Part shown: piece after piece, positions 24,101 through 39,100 of the stretch
Layout of the letters: every line of letters begins with the position of its first letter
Position numbering within the stretch: the first letter of the stretch is position 1
From: Iphione sp. A-MEVVRFRX5
Taxonomy: Eukaryota
Reading direction: 5' to 3'
Assembly: GCA_976226885.1 (NCBI GenBank)
Contig: OZ320316.1
Location: 68,138,001-68,202,000, forward strand
Length of the DNA: 64,000 bases
The notes under the pieces: generated by a model
Database searches by the model: none
Seen by the model: the letters and a program-made list of their open reading frames with translations, nothing else
Told to the model about the DNA's origin: nothing
Translations under genes and position numbers: made by a program

Positions 24101-27100
24101 TGCACATGTAATTTTGAGAGGGTGATTTTTATAAAGTCCGATTCGGTTTAATAAGAAGAATGGAATGTTATTTCCTTTCTCAACGGAATTTTACCGATAT
24201 CAATTTCCATGTTTAAATATACCTATGTACATGTACATGTATACATCTATGTACGTGTATTCTTCCAGTACACCGCTGACAATAAGCGCCCTGCCGTGGC
24301 TGCCAGCCACACTACGACAGAGGTGGACGGAGAGGTTGTGTCTTCCCTGCTCACTACAACCAAGTTTAACAGTGCAAAGATGCGCATTAGGTGAGGTGCA
24401 ACTCACGAAATGACTTTCTATTAAATGGAACTGTATTGCATAGTCTACCTTCCGCTTTGATTATTATCATATGTGTGTAACGAATGGACCATCTTTTAAT
24501 AATTTTACTGAAACCTTAGTTCTCCTTGTTCGCAGACCTGAAATGGCTGAAGATGACGAATACGAAGATGGCTTCGACCTGGTAAATATTGCAAAAGATA
24601 TTTCAGTAGAATGCGAGCAGTTCTCCTTGAAAATTAACCCTTTTAAAGAAAGGCAAAATCCATCACATTTGTACAGACAGTAGAACCTGATGTGTAGTGA
24701 CTCTCAAAACAGGGAACATTCTTTGACTTGGGACACATTTGGCCGGAACAGCATCATATTTTGGCTATACATGTACATGGTGCTACTCAATGTACAGGTA
24801 ATGTTTTCAGTCTGCAAGAACATGCTAGGATCTCTATACTAATTTTCCGTTTCTTTTTCTGTTTCTTTTTCAGCGAGATTTTGAACGTCAATTGTCTCGG
24901 GGTCACGATGGTGCTTCCCAACAGAAGGCCTATCTGACATTCTGTTCCAGTCTGGGAGGAAAAGGTCAACCTACATTTTCTTACATGTCCATGTTCCTAA
25001 CAGATATGTAATTTTAATACATGTATTTTGCAATATTCACTATCGTATCATTAAAAGCTTTACTTTTCTCTTGTAGCCCATCAACATCAAAATGTATCAC
25101 CAGATGAGAAGAGTTCTTCAGGAAATAGACAATTGTAAGTAGCAGATATTTGTTACTCGATATGTTGGCATATGTTGTAATGCTTATTCTAAAGTAATCT
25201 ACACTCTTGCGATTTCACTGACCATTACTTTGCTCCATTTGTGCTGTTTCTGTTCACCCCGAGTAAAGCCTTTAGTTGGAGGGAAATTAAGGGGGAAAAT
25301 GGTTATTACTAAAACACGGAGTTATTATTTATTCACGCGCGTTTAGTTCTCTCACAAGAATATTATTGTCGTCACACAAATGTTGATATTAGTTGCATTT
25401 TTCATTTTTTAGAAATCAAGACAAGTCATCACAGGTTTGTGTTTGACTCATCAGAACAAATGGTCCATTTTACACAAAAAATGTTATTTACTCATCCAAA
25501 AGATGGTATATAGACTGATCGCTTGTTAAGTGTACGTTTTGGGGTTGTCATTCATTATATATATAGATTGAATACACAGGACTTTGCTTTTTTGTGCGTC
25601 TCATTATCCATTATCAAACATATAGTGGGAAGTAAAGTTTGTTTATGTATTGAGAAATGATTATTATCCCCTGGGAAATCATGGTGTTTACTTAGATGTA
25701 GATTGATGTATATGTAATATCATGTAGAAATTAAACTTCATCGTAACCCAAACAAATCCTTTTCTCTATCCCTTTTCATGTCTACATAAATTGAACTTAG
25801 GGTACATGAGGTCTTTTGAAACCCTAGATCTTGTTACTTCAGGATCCAATCCAGAATAACCGTGCCAACGGCGCGGAGATTCCGACGGAAAGTCGTAACT
25901 TCTTAGAAGAGGTGCAGCGCTTAATAAACAATAGTACAGCAACAGACACCGAGAACACGAACGGGCCCGAGATATCGGCAGAGATGGAACAGATCCATGA
26001 AAATCAAGCAGACGAAACTCAGCAGGACAGCGCGCGAAAGGGACCTTCAAAACGCCCCTCCTTCCTCATTGATGGACAGATCGTGGGACCTGGCGGTGAC
26101 CGAGTGGCCCCTGTAAACAAAGATGCCGAAGTGGGCTTTGGACTCAACGCCGAGGAGGCAGAGATCATGAACATGGATGTCGACTCCTACATCAGAAACC
26201 ACTCGCCGACGCGGCGCTCGACGCAGGCCGCCGGGAGTGATAAGAAATTTGGACAAACCTACAAGCAACGCATCTTCCAGCACTCCTTCCCACACCAAAG
26301 GCCCGACACGGCCCCTACCGTCGACGGTGGGGTGGCCGTTGAGGGCAGCCCGCAGGCCGAGTTATCGATTGAAGGGCAGAGTACAAGAAGGAGGTTTGCC
26401 AAGCCGCCCGTGGAGGAGACCGGTAAGGCTAATAGGAGTGCTCGGACGGCCTGTATGGGGCGGGCCGCCAGCGCGGCTCTGCCAAGAAGTCGTCCCAAGC
26501 GGAAGGTACAGCCACAAGCGGAACTGCTGGCCCGCGCGCCCATCGATCCACCGCGCACGGCGCCGTCGATACCGACCCCGTGGAGCCAGTTCGGTACGCG
26601 ATCGCCGCGGCCACCGACGGTGCCGTCGGATACCGGACAGCAAACTGGACATCCGGTGTACATGGCCGAACTAGAGTCACACTCGCACAAGACAAAGACT
26701 CCAAAGGAGTATGTTCACAGAGGTGAGCTATAGCGCACAGGGGAATGACAAACTTACAAACTTACTACGTATAGGTGGTGTTAAATGAGCAAAAAGAAAA
26801 AGAAAAAAAAATGTTAAAAGCGAGGCATATGAGTAACACTTCCAGGAGGACATCCATCGGGGTTAACTTAGCCTTTAGTTCGGCATTTGTTGTAGAGTGT
26901 ATAAATGTAGGCCCTACTTGCGCATTTGTGCAAAGGTATTTGGATATTCCTTATGTCTAGACTTTGTACACGTACATAGATATGTAATTTTCAATGCTGT
27001 TATATTGATATTTATTCCGATCATTAGCCGACTGTGTTGGATCTCCAGTTGTTTACTGTAAGCTATGACTCCCAATTATGCACACATAGTTTCATGTTAT

Positions 27101-30100
27101 ACCTTAAACCAAAACGGTCATCCTTCGTTCATTTCTAATTAATTTAATGCTTTCATTATAAACATGTCTTTCGAGCACTTTACCTAGTAAGAGGGATCAA
27201 ATACACCTTATTGACATGTTTATCGTACTTCCTTTTGTTCATTGTAGTATCATTTCACACAGAACATGTAGTTACCGTGCTCCTCACAGAAGTGCATGCA
27301 TGTAGATATTCATGTACATGTACACACATTTTACACACTATCCAGACGTCAAAATATAAAAGCAAATCCCACCATGGTTGCGGCCACAAGATGGTTTGAA
27401 ACCTTTCCGAAAACATTTAAATACATGTACATTTCTATTGCCTACAGAATAAGTCAGATCTGTATCGGCGAAGTTAACTTTACCTTAGCAAGACTTACTG
27501 GTTTCAAGACACTGCTGTGAGGAACAGTCAATGTATATATATACATACATGTACACGTACATGCATTTCTTTCTTCAAATTTTAACAGTTGAAAAGGGTT
27601 TTAGAGCTAATATTTCCATTAATACAACATTCATCATAACAAATATATGTTACGGCGAAGCATTTATATCATTTGTATGCGCGTTCTCACATATATTTAA
27701 GTTTAGTCTTATGTATTATGGCTAGAACTATGTTCCTTAAAAATCACACAACAGAAAGATCTAGGCATAGCCTAATTTACATTTGAGTGAGCAATCTAAT
27801 AGATATGCTTAACCAAATTTTCATCGGTTTATGAGATAATACAACCTGTGCATTTACCTTAAAAATATTAAACGTTATCTATATATAATTTTTATAAGGA
27901 GACAAAACTCTTTGCCTGTATGTAATTTGTTTAATGCTACACTTTCTTAAAGCAACGACCTTGCGGAAACCTGACATTGAACCTCTGGATCGCGTGCCAC
28001 GCCTACCTCCTCCGTCTGTGATGACAGAGGAGGAACAACATCTCGTTCAGCCATTAAAAGGTACATTAGCATTCCTTGAATCTGCTATTTATTTGTTACG
28101 CAGCATTCTCTCTAATGAATAAAATATGTACAGGTGAATCTTTGTAACCTTAGATCCACATGGAACTCTGTTTGTGCCTGTATTTCAGTTCAATAATATA
28201 ATAAATCATTTTCTCTTCATTCCTCCTTTATACACAAGTGTTCCGTATGAAGCATGAAGACGGTACCCCGATCACCATATCATGTGAACCAGTGAAGAGA
28301 AAACATCACAACACAGATAAAAACGGGCAACACACGAGGTACGACTTTCAAAGATCTGACTTGAACATTAACACTTAAATATCTTTTAAGGGTTTCACAA
28401 GTTCGCGTATTTTCACAAGGACATTATGTTGCATGTACGTGTAGTGCTCGGCATATGTTTACATTGTTTTGAACATGCACCTCGATGATTCTTGTGTTTG
28501 TAGTGATACTGGACGTGACGAAGCCTGTGCAGCTTGTCTGCAAGAACAGCAAGAGAATCCGAGAAACAAACAAGTCATAGAAGAGTTTGCTGGCCAGAAA
28601 CTATTGGACATGGGGAGACCCATCAGCCAATATCTACCAGCTTGTGATCCTGTGAGTTAATCAATTTGCTCCTTTTTTATTTGAAGTGGTCTTTTTCATT
28701 TTTGTATTTGATGTACATTGTATATCATTACCTCTCTTGTACGTAGTGTGGTGGTGTAGAAGTCGAATATAAGAAAATATGCTTTAAATTATGTGATTTT
28801 TGAGTAAAGGAAATGAAAATTCTGTTTCCATGTATGTCCACCAGATGCCAGCACTGAGACTGGTAGCACTGCAACTGACGTAACAGACCTCAGTTCTTTG
28901 CCTGTGGCCGAGGTGAACAGATTGTTTTGTATGGGCTCAGGGATTTGCTATCCACGTGCCAGGTCGTATTTCTCTTCTCTTTTTACTTCTACATTTAGTT
29001 TTTTCTATTCTTTCCTTTACTTTACTCATTAATTTCTCTTTGTTTCTTTTTTCTGTTATTTACATCTGCCACAAGGCTTTTCAGGTGTACACTTGGTGTT
29101 ACATGTGATTTTTCACTGCTCAGTTGTTTGAGAGGAGAATTTTCATTATGGCGCCTCCATTCAATGCGGGTTGTTTCTTGGATGGTCACTCTGATATTCC
29201 AAAGAAAGAAGAAAGAAGTCTGGTAAAACTTCTAAAAAATGAGCTGCAGTTGTTGATTCTGCAGATGTCACCCCTGCAAAGCAACAGAAACCAGGTACTT
29301 CAGATACGGCTGGTCAAATACACCCTCCCACTTTGGCTCCTAATCAAATTGTTAGTGCTTGTGGTGACGATTCACTCCCTGCTCACAGTTCAGTTCATTC
29401 TATTTCTCCTGATCCTGATCCTCCAACTGACCCTTTGTTGTTGGCTTTGCAAAACATGACCAGCACTTTGAATACTTCTATTACCCAATTGTGGCCGGTT
29501 TTTAGATCCGTGGAAAAGTTAGTCCAGGGACTAGCTATTCCCTGGACTAATCAGGGGAATAGCTAGTCTCTCTAGAGGGATTAGTGCCTGCCGACTTTGT
29601 CCAGGGACTAACTCAGTCATATTTACCACATTCCCTCACTTAGTGTAATCCAAGGCATAAAACACCCACTTCTATAGTTGTATAATATTTTAATAATTCT
29701 TTTATCAAAGTAAAGCCAAAGATCTAAGGAAGAAGTTGGTATACAGATTGTCTTTCTATCTTAACTTACAAGGAAGTTACAGCCACGTAAAGTTTCACTG
29801 CTGACTCGCAGTAAAATTTACATCATGTTTGCAGTAAAATGATGTAAATTTTATTGTGAGTCGGTGGCAAACCTTTAAATGGCTGTACAATTGTATCTCA
29901 TGGTCACAGAAGACCATACTATGGCTCAAATGAAAGCTATGGTCAAAAAGGAGACAATGAGCCAAAGTTGCTGAAGGCCACCCTCAGGAGGGTCAAGCCC
30001 CAGATGAAGGTCATGTGGCCGAAGAGTTTGATATTTTGGATGTGGCTGCGTCACAGTGCTCTGCAGATCCTAATGTTCGAGCCCCAGTGTCAGAAAAAGT

Positions 30101-33100
30101 TATGCATTTTGTGGATGAGCGTTATGGCTCCCCAATTTCCTTAGAGGGGTCTGCGAATAATAAAAAACATTACCCTACTTTTTCAAACTCAGAATGGTTG
30201 AAATCTACTAAAGTCAACGAACGTGTTTTGTTCGTCTTGACTAAAGATACAAAAATGAAGGATAACGTTTCTCAAAAGTTTCTGACAAAGTGTCTTCTTT
30301 TTATCCATGATAATGTAGTTTTGTTCAGGAGGAGTTTTGTAATTTGCTCTAAGTAGGGTCTGTTTCTGTTGTTTCTAGTCCTCCTTCAGATTCTTTTTAT
30401 TCAGATATTTTCCTCAGGCCCAAAACCAGTGGGTTCATTTTTTTTTTATAAATCTTGATCTTTCAAAGCTTATTTTTCCATTCATTACAGACATTTCAAA
30501 ATGGAAACTTTGGAATCGGTTCTTCCTAAAATTTCTTCGGGCTGTTATATGGCTTCATTAGATATCTAAAATGCTTGTCATTCCATTCTTATTTGGTCCC
30601 CGCATGCTAAGTATTTGTCTTTTAGATGGGGAGGTCTTACTTTTGCTTATAAGGCTTTCACCTTTTTTGGTTTGTCTTCAGGCCCTAGGCTGCTCCCCTG
30701 GCGCACCTTAGGTCTAGAGGGGCTGTTATTGTCTCTTATATTGCCGACATCCTTATCGTTGCTAGGACTATTGGTGAATGTGTTGATAATGTTAAAACTA
30801 CTATTTCTTTGTTGACTTCACTGGGTTTCCTTATAAATTATGAGAAATCTGCTTTGACTCCAATATATTTTTGGGCTATGTTGTTGATTCAGTTGCCCTT
30901 ACTGTGTACCCTACTTGGGCTAAAGTTGAAACAATTTCTCATTTGAATGTTAATTCCCCCTTTTGTACAGTAATGTTTATTCGCTCTGTGCCTTCCCTCC
31001 TGGGTAAGTTAGTTGATCTGTGCTGGGCATCTACTTATGGGAGGAATCATGTCAGAATTAATGAGGAGAAAAATTTAGCTTTAAAGTACAGTCATCTTTT
31101 AATTATAAGGCCCCTATGCTTTTGTCGTTTGAAGCTTTGGAGGAATTGTCCCGGTGATTTTCAAATGTTCCCTGTCTTGCTTAGTCTGTGTTCACATATG
31201 ACTGGATTTTTCCAGTCTACGTCTACACACATGGGGACGGATATTTCTCCAGCCCTCCTTGACTATTGAAGCCATTCATATACATACAGATGTTTCCACA
31301 TCCTGGATGTCAAACTGTCTGAGATGGGTTTGGTCCAGACACGTATGTGGATTCCATAGGAGCCTATAGTGAAATACATCTGGTGATCACCTGGAAGCAA
31401 TTAACTGATGTTCTCTGCAGGGCAGTTGTGTGCATCCGTGTCTGGGGATGGATTTTTTGTCAGGATGAATGTGAACAGCACCTAAGCCTATTCATCCACC
31501 ACCTCCGACACGTTTTGTTTACTGATGCTTCAAAGTTGGGAGGGCTTCTCTGGCGTTTACCTCCATTGGGGATCGGTGGATATTAGCTGAGTCTGGTTCT
31601 GATATTAATTTTCTTGAGTTGAGAGTGATTGTTTTGGCCTTGAGGAGTTATTTCATAACTTCTAAGAACATAAGAGAGCATGTTCAGTCAGATAACGCTA
31701 TGGCTATTTCTTATGTGAATCATATAGGGGGTTTCAGATCCTGATTGTGCTTTTGTTGATGCTTTCTCCATTTCTTGGTCTCACTTTGACTTATGTCATA
31801 TATCCTCCTTTCTATTTGATTCCTAGGTGACTATCAAAATTTCAGTCCGATCAGGCTTCAGTGATTCTGGTAGTGCCAGATTGGCCTCACAGAAGCCGGT
31901 ACAGCAGGGCTCTTCAGTTGTCTCTTTAGCCTCCTCTCATGTTAAGGAAGCAGCCACCTGAACCTTGTCAATCACAAAAATGTGTCTGCCATGGGGCCTA
32001 TATTAATTATGGGCCTTCTCTTCTGACTGCATCCCCGAATATTAGGGATTTGTCTGCTAAAATGAATGCTATTATGCCCTGGTCTTGGAGGGGAAGGACT
32101 TGTGCTTTATATGATTCATATCTTAGTAGGTGGAACACTTTATGTTTTGTTGAGAAATGAGATCCTTTGCATCCTACCTTGAGGCAGGCTATGCAGTTTT
32201 TAATTAATCTTTTTAATGCTGGTGTCAGATGCAGTGCTTTAAACACTGCATGTGGTGCTCTTTCTGCTATTCTCCCCTTGTATGATTGGATGGCTTTTGG
32301 TAGGCATCCTAATGTGGCTAGGATGCTTACTGGTTTCTTTAATCTTTGTCCTCCTGTGGCCAGAGTTTCTTTGTGTGGGATGTTAATAAGGTGTTGGATT
32401 TAATAAGACTTTGCAAGCCTAATGATTCTCTGTCTCTCAAACATTTTTCTTTTAAGTATAATATACTTCTTTTGTTGGCTTCTTGTGGCAGGTTGCAAAT
32501 TACACATAGTTCTGTTCCTAATATTGATTTTATTCCGGATGGTTCTCTTCATATTAATTTTTCTATAATGCTTAAGCATTCTAGGAAGGGCAGACCTTCT
32601 TTAAAATTGTCTTTTGTTCCATTCAAGAAGCCTCCGTCCTTGCATGTGTGTTATTAAATGTCTTAAGTCTTATTTTTCTAAGACTTCCTCTTTGAGAGGC
32701 TCGCATTCTCAACTAATGTTTAGTCATAATGTCTCCTCACTTTCCTGTTTCAACATCTACTTTGGCTAGATTGACCAAACATGTTATGGCCTTGGCAGGT
32801 ATGGATGTGGTGGCAATTCTCTGCTCGTTCCACATGTTCTGCTTCTGCCTCTAAGCTGCCCGGGCAGGTATGTCTCTTAATAAAATTCTTAAGAGGGGTA
32901 TGTGGTCTAATGCTCGAACATTCAAGACCTTTTATTTAAAGGATGTTCAGAGTTAGGTTTGTCTATGTTTGTCCTCAGCCTGCTCATTCACTGTGAATTA
33001 TGGCCTGGAAGTCTCAGTGCTGGCATCCGGTGGACATACATGGAACCAGAATAATTGATGGGAGACCTGAACTTACCAGTGAAGTGTGTCCATAATTCTG

Positions 33101-36100
33101 GTTTATGTATGGATATCTAAGATGTCTGCACTGACCCTTCCCTTTTATTTCCCTTCCCTTCAGTGTTTTTCTTGTTTCCATAATTCTTGCTCTTTCGCAG
33201 GCTGTCTTTGAAATCCCTGAGCTGTATGGTCTGTTATGTCAGTTGCAACGCCACCACTCTAAGCGCAGATCCCACCAATTTCACACTGCATACACGTACA
33301 TAGTTAGAAATATTTATTTAGTCTTCCGTGGCACCAGTGTCAACATATATGTACATGTTTGCATTATGTTCATTAGTTGGAAGTGGCTGCAGCCACTCGT
33401 CGTTTGAAGGAAGCACAGGCAGCAGTGGACATCCAGAGGTAAGTTGATCATGAATTAATACACATACTTTGATGTAATAACACATGGTTCAAGAAGACAG
33501 AATATCCAAGACTTACTACGTCTGCTACCACAATAATCGATATACATTAATGAATGCCGTATCGATTTACTCATTGTTACGATATCTTTACTTTTAATAT
33601 GCCAAATTTTATTTTGATTTTACTTACATTTTCTTCTAAATTTCGTTTTACACATTTCCAAGAGTATATGGGGAAAAGGAATAAACGTGATATAACACGG
33701 ATTGAAATAGAGAAATGTGTTCTCTGTTACTAGCTCTAAGTCCTACTACTTACTATAAGCTTTTCACATATCGGTCTTCAAAAGGCAGACTTTAAAGGTG
33801 AACACTATTTTAAAACGTTTCCAAACAATGTGATGATTGCTAAAACATAAATTACCAACATATGTAGATTACTAGGCCGAAAAATAGGTGTGTTTCTGGT
33901 TGTGAACAGCCCAAACCTAGGTATTGAGGGGCGATGCTTTTTTTATTTTATTTTTTTGTTGCCTCCCTCCTCTGGTTTTCAACAGTAATAACGAAAATAT
34001 GAAAAAGGCCTTGAATAGGTCAGTTTTGTCAGTACATGTCTTGTACATAGGATACATAGACTAACACTTCTCCAAAAGAGATTGACTTCTTTCTGCATTC
34101 AAGCCATTAGAACCAGTAATAAATATCATATCAGCCAATGAAAGAGCCATCCCATGGGGTTTCTATGGGGCCTTAACAAGTAATAGGCTAAAGAAATCAC
34201 TTGTACTCTATGCAAACAATTCACATTCATCATGCAAGAGTGTCTAAGACACCTCAACAACTATAGATCTAATGATCACAAAAATAAAATATGACATTGC
34301 ACTGTATGGACTAATTAAAAATAATATGAGTGACCATTACGGGATGTATATGAAAGTAAAAGCTAAAGGTATTAAACATGAGAAGCAAAGAGTACGCTAT
34401 AGAAAGTATAAGGCAATTGACAAAGAAGAATTGGAAAAAGATTGGAGAGAAATAATTACAATCACAAAATGGGAGCCGGTAAACACAGACGCACGGTATT
34501 ACACAAATTAATCATAGTATCAGACAGTGCATTGACAAAGAAGCAAAATTTATTGACAAAATAGATAAAAAAGAACTATCCCTAGATGGGTAGATCAAGA
34601 AGTAGTACGTTGTGTTACAAGAAAAAAAATATGTATAACAAGGCTAAACGAACAAAAACTGAATTGGACCGGAGGAAGGCAAAGGAACATTAACTACATA
34701 GAGTCAGGTGATACTGTAATTACTAACAAACAGGAAATGACTGAGAAATTTAATGAACATTACGCTACAGTAGCAGAAAAAAATCTGTAGTACAATTAAA
34801 CAGCCAACTGATTACAAACCTGTAAAAATTCAAAACACAGGAAGATTCTCCTATAGACAAATTCTCCCTATTTATGTAGAGAAAATTGTTAGTGCCTTGA
34901 AAAACAAAAAGAGCACTAACAGTGATTATCTAACAATTGGACTCTTGAAAGAACATAAGAAAACAATATTGATATTGATAGCAATTTTGTGTAATAGTAT
35001 AACACAAAACAATGTGGTCCCGACAAAAATGTAAGAAACCATCATAGTGCCAATTCACAAGGGAGCAAGCATGTGCACTGCCATTACACACAGTCCTGAG
35101 CAGGGTAATCCAACAGGTCCTCACCTGTTAACCCAGACGTATATGAACTGGATAAGTCCGTGTTTTCTCTTTTATTAAAGGGACACCCTCTTAGGCAGTG
35201 TCATAAACTTGACACAAGAATTGTCTTCAGTGGAGTTTACAAAGGGGACTCACCATGCTGGTACCCCTTATCATTGGAGGTACCTGGCTTTCTCATGGAA
35301 CAGCCAGTCATACCAATTTTTAGTCAGGCCCTTTGGGTTCTGTTGACCTCCAAGGCATTTTACTAAATTGCCTCAGTGGCAGCTGGTTATGCTGCATGAA
35401 CAGAGACAATGCATTAACCTATTTGATTATCTACAGATCTTCAAGCTTTCAGTGAAGACATGCTCTGCCTTCGGTCAAACTAGTTTGGTCTTATAATTGA
35501 CACCCATGGGACAAAGTCTCTCCTCTTCCAATGCAACATCAAATTTTTCTAGGCTATTGCTTAGATTCAGAGTCCACAATGGTCTCATCCCCTTGCTCTA
35601 AATTGGACTAGGTCAGTCTACATATGGATAAAGTTGTAGAGGGGTTCCATCCCTGTTAAGCATTTCACAACCTTACAGGGAACTCTGATGGACCTAACAA
35701 ATCGACCTAACTTTGATGAGTCCTACAAGGTGGTTGAAACAAACACCTTGGGGAGACATGACAAGGTCTCAAGACTCTGATCATTGTTTTTCCTCACTCA
35801 GCTGATATGCTTTATTTATGTGCCTTACCAAGCTAAGCCATTTCAGGCCTACTTGATTTTATATGCTCTTGCAAGGTGCATGAAAGTTGACTTTTGGAAC
35901 AATAACCAAGTCAGGTTTAACAGGGAAATGGTTGCCTAGTGCATGATGTCAGTTTATCAGTACATTCATGTTGGAAGCTTTTTGGCTAGGCCTTAGAATT
36001 TTAGTTCTGATTAGGCAGATGAAGCTACAACTGTAGCATATGCCAAAAAGCAAATTGGAATCCAAATCCCTAAGGAAAGCCTTGAAGGAGTGTTAAATTC

Positions 36101-39100
36101 CCAGTGAAATCAGGGGTTCCTGGTTGACTGTCAGCTTTAACCTATTATAACACTTTTCCAAGGCATACTAAATTCAGAGGCTAATTGCTGGTCACTAGAC
36201 TTTATAAAGAGACTGAAAAACAACTCCTTCACTCATGCTTTAAAGAGATCACAGAGGCTTAAGGATTACAGATATACAGTCGAACAGACACATCTACAAA
36301 GCGGACACATCCAGAATGCAGACGATTTGTGAAAGAACCTACTTGTTCCAAAACTTAACCATTACACTAACACGTCTACAATAAATACAGCTAATTTTAC
36401 AAAGCATCCCCCTATGGACAGTTCCAAATTCTTGTGACAACTCCTTGTCCACAGTCTTGAGGACAAGGAGTTGAGAGGGGTGTTAGTGCGAATTGGAGCA
36501 GCGGTTGCTGCAATGGCAGTGGCCAGGAAGGCAGGCAGGCCAGGGGGACTTGAGAGGGGTGTTAGCGCGAATTGTAGCAATGGTTGCGCTGGTGATGGCA
36601 GCTAGGGAGCTTCAGAGGGGTGCGGGCAGTAGCAAGGAGGACAAGAAGTCACAGTGGGGTCACTATTAGCTGTCTAAACCCGCCAATTCGCAGTCTAAAC
36701 CCACTAGAGAATACCCCCTATTTGGGGCTGCAGAGAGACTCTAGGCCTCTCATTGGTCAAAATTANNNNNNNNNNNNNNNNNNNNNNNNNNNNNNNNNNN
36801 NNNNNNNNNNNNNNNNNNNNNNNNNNNNNNNNNNNNNNNNNNNNNNNNNNNNNNNNNNNNNNNNNNNNNNNNNNNNNNNNNNNNNNNNNNNNNTACATTT
36901 CCAGGTTAGTCCCCCATTCCATATCCTACTAACAGATCTACAAAGTGGCCATGTCTGAAATGTGGACAGTTTGGATAAGAACCAAGGGTGTCCAGAATTG
37001 AGATGTTGCACTGTAACTCCTTCTCTGAACATAATACTCCTTCACGTCTAAGACTACCACATAAGTCTAGTTCTTCATCAGTTGGGAGACCAGCTCTGAA
37101 TATAAAGTTTGTAGAGACTGTCTCCTGTGATAAGAAGCAATTGCATATATGCCTCTCTCCCTTCTTTGTTAAGATCCACGATCATTGAGAAGCTGAGATA
37201 GTAAACAGGAAGATGATACTGGTGGGCCCACCATCACAAGCATAGCGATGACATGGTGGACTTTGTCTAGATGGTTTTCAAGCCATGATCCAGTTCCTGC
37301 TCAAGTTGAACAGCTTTCAACATATACAAGAATGAGGATATTCAAAACATCCATTCACCACCTTGGATGACAGCTTCCTCCTTAAGCAACGCTCCACAAG
37401 CTTCTCACTACAATCTTATCGAGGACATGCCGGAAACATTCTTGGACAAGAACAACCAGATTCCTATGTTTCTTACCAAGATTGCAGCATGAGTGTTAAT
37501 GTTTCTAGGCCACTTGATTAAGTCTCGGCTTAGGCTTAGTATGTTCAAGACAACTTGAAGGGCTTTCCCTGCCTCTCTTATGAAGCCTAAGGAAGTGTTC
37601 TTTGGTGGCTTCCCTTACAAGTAAAAGTTTGGCAGGAGTGTTCAACCCGTCATCCCTCTTAAGCCTGTTTCCTTACTGCAGGGAGATTGGGAGTTCTTAG
37701 TTACTTAAGATCATGGAAGACCATTGCTTAGATTCCCTGTAGGAGAATGTAAGGATAGTCACCCTTGGGTTGTCTGCTCTCGGTGGTAGGTCACAGATGA
37801 TCACAACTCAAATCCAACCAGTGTCATTGAAATAAGGGTAACCTTTTGTAGATCAACTTCTGAATTTCTTAGAAATTTAATAGAATAGAGAAGTTGGCTA
37901 GTTGCTCTGTCCTAAGCAGCTCAGGAGCTGTTTATTTGTTGGTTACTTATGTTAGAAGATATTTGTCCTGTACTAACACGTTCATACATTTATCAGCATT
38001 TATAGAAGCACCTCATCGAAAAGATCTGGCTTCTAAATGGAGTTGGTATTGTGTGATTCCTTAGGAAATGCAGGTCCTAAACATGTTCTCTCCTAGCAGA
38101 CAGATGGCAAGTTAGAGTTTTATAATTACCCTAGCTTTAACGCAGGCTCGTTAGAGTTTAAGTCACCCTACACTAAAGCAAGGGTTACTACAAAATTATA
38201 CCAAATCTAACCACCCAAGAAAATATGTTTATGGAAACATAGTACTGTGAAAACATGCGTCCAAGGAAATTTAGGCTTAGGGACTCTTTGGGGCCAAAAA
38301 TGTTTTAGATAGGGTGAGGTTTTCCTAGGTAGGGGTTGGTAACCAGAAACACACCTATTTTTTCCTTTGGCCCTATCTTCACAATCCACAGTAATCGGTT
38401 AGCAATGTTTGCCTCGTTTCCTTAATTTTATGAACAAGGTAGAAAGACCTCCATGATTTCCTTCCCATGCCATTCCAGGATATTCAGAGGTTACATTGCT
38501 CGCACAAACTATAAGTACCTGCTGCGCGAAGAACGGCAGCAGAGAGAAGATAAAAGAAAAGCTGCCATAGAAATTCAGAGGTGAGACATGTAAGATCATG
38601 TAAGTCGTAGTCAGTCTTGTGTACTACAGTTGCGTAGTGCGATCAGTCAGTGTATTTTGCTGTGATATTTTGAAAAGGGACTGCCTTTCGTAGTCCTACA
38701 TAATATCATTTCAAAACTCATTACTTCCTTGTTACTTATAGACATTTGCGTGGCCATCTTTCTCGAAAACATGCCATTTATAACCGGGAACCAAATCGAG
38801 AGACACTTGCCTGGGCCAAAGAATACAAGCAGCATCTCAAGGTTAAAGAACGCGAGAGACAGGTTAAGGCTCTCGAGACAGCAGAGAGGTGAGAGTTTTA
38901 AGAGACAAGACAAACTGTCAGCACTCTAACTAGTAAATGAGAAGTCTCAGAGCTAAGACAAATTTATTTTAGCACCGACTTCCTCATCATTGTGAGTAGG
39001 TGTACAATAGTCTACGCTTGTTATATGCAAGTATTGGCAAGCAAATTAAGAAATGTTTTTATGTTTCTTAGAAATGCACGAAAAAAAGCTGAGGCTGATG

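Larger units (their letters stand above)
35200..38215 (+). mobile_element. DIRS-like copy D, highly decayed
   Basis: RT HWRYLAFSWNSQSYQF..PFG..PRHFTKL (about 35270-35370); RH-like ADEATTVAYAKKQ (about 36015); YR-like segments 37450-38000; inverted segment 38108-38212 as at DIRS 3' ends. Confidence 0.55.

Noticed and set aside
26047-26704. Several overlapping ORFs on both strands
   Set aside because: Alternative-frame shadows of GC-rich exon 15; only the 25831 frame fits the splice phases.
28845-28912. Constitutive IQCM exon
   Set aside because: Phase mismatch with exon 18, and it is part of the DIRS left ITR (inverted match to 33010-33052 and 33215-33260).
33201-33295. Constitutive IQCM exon
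   Set aside because: Exits in a phase incompatible with exon 19 and is the DIRS right ITR.
36620-37032. ORFs spanning X residues
   Set aside because: Artefacts of the 128-N assembly gap.
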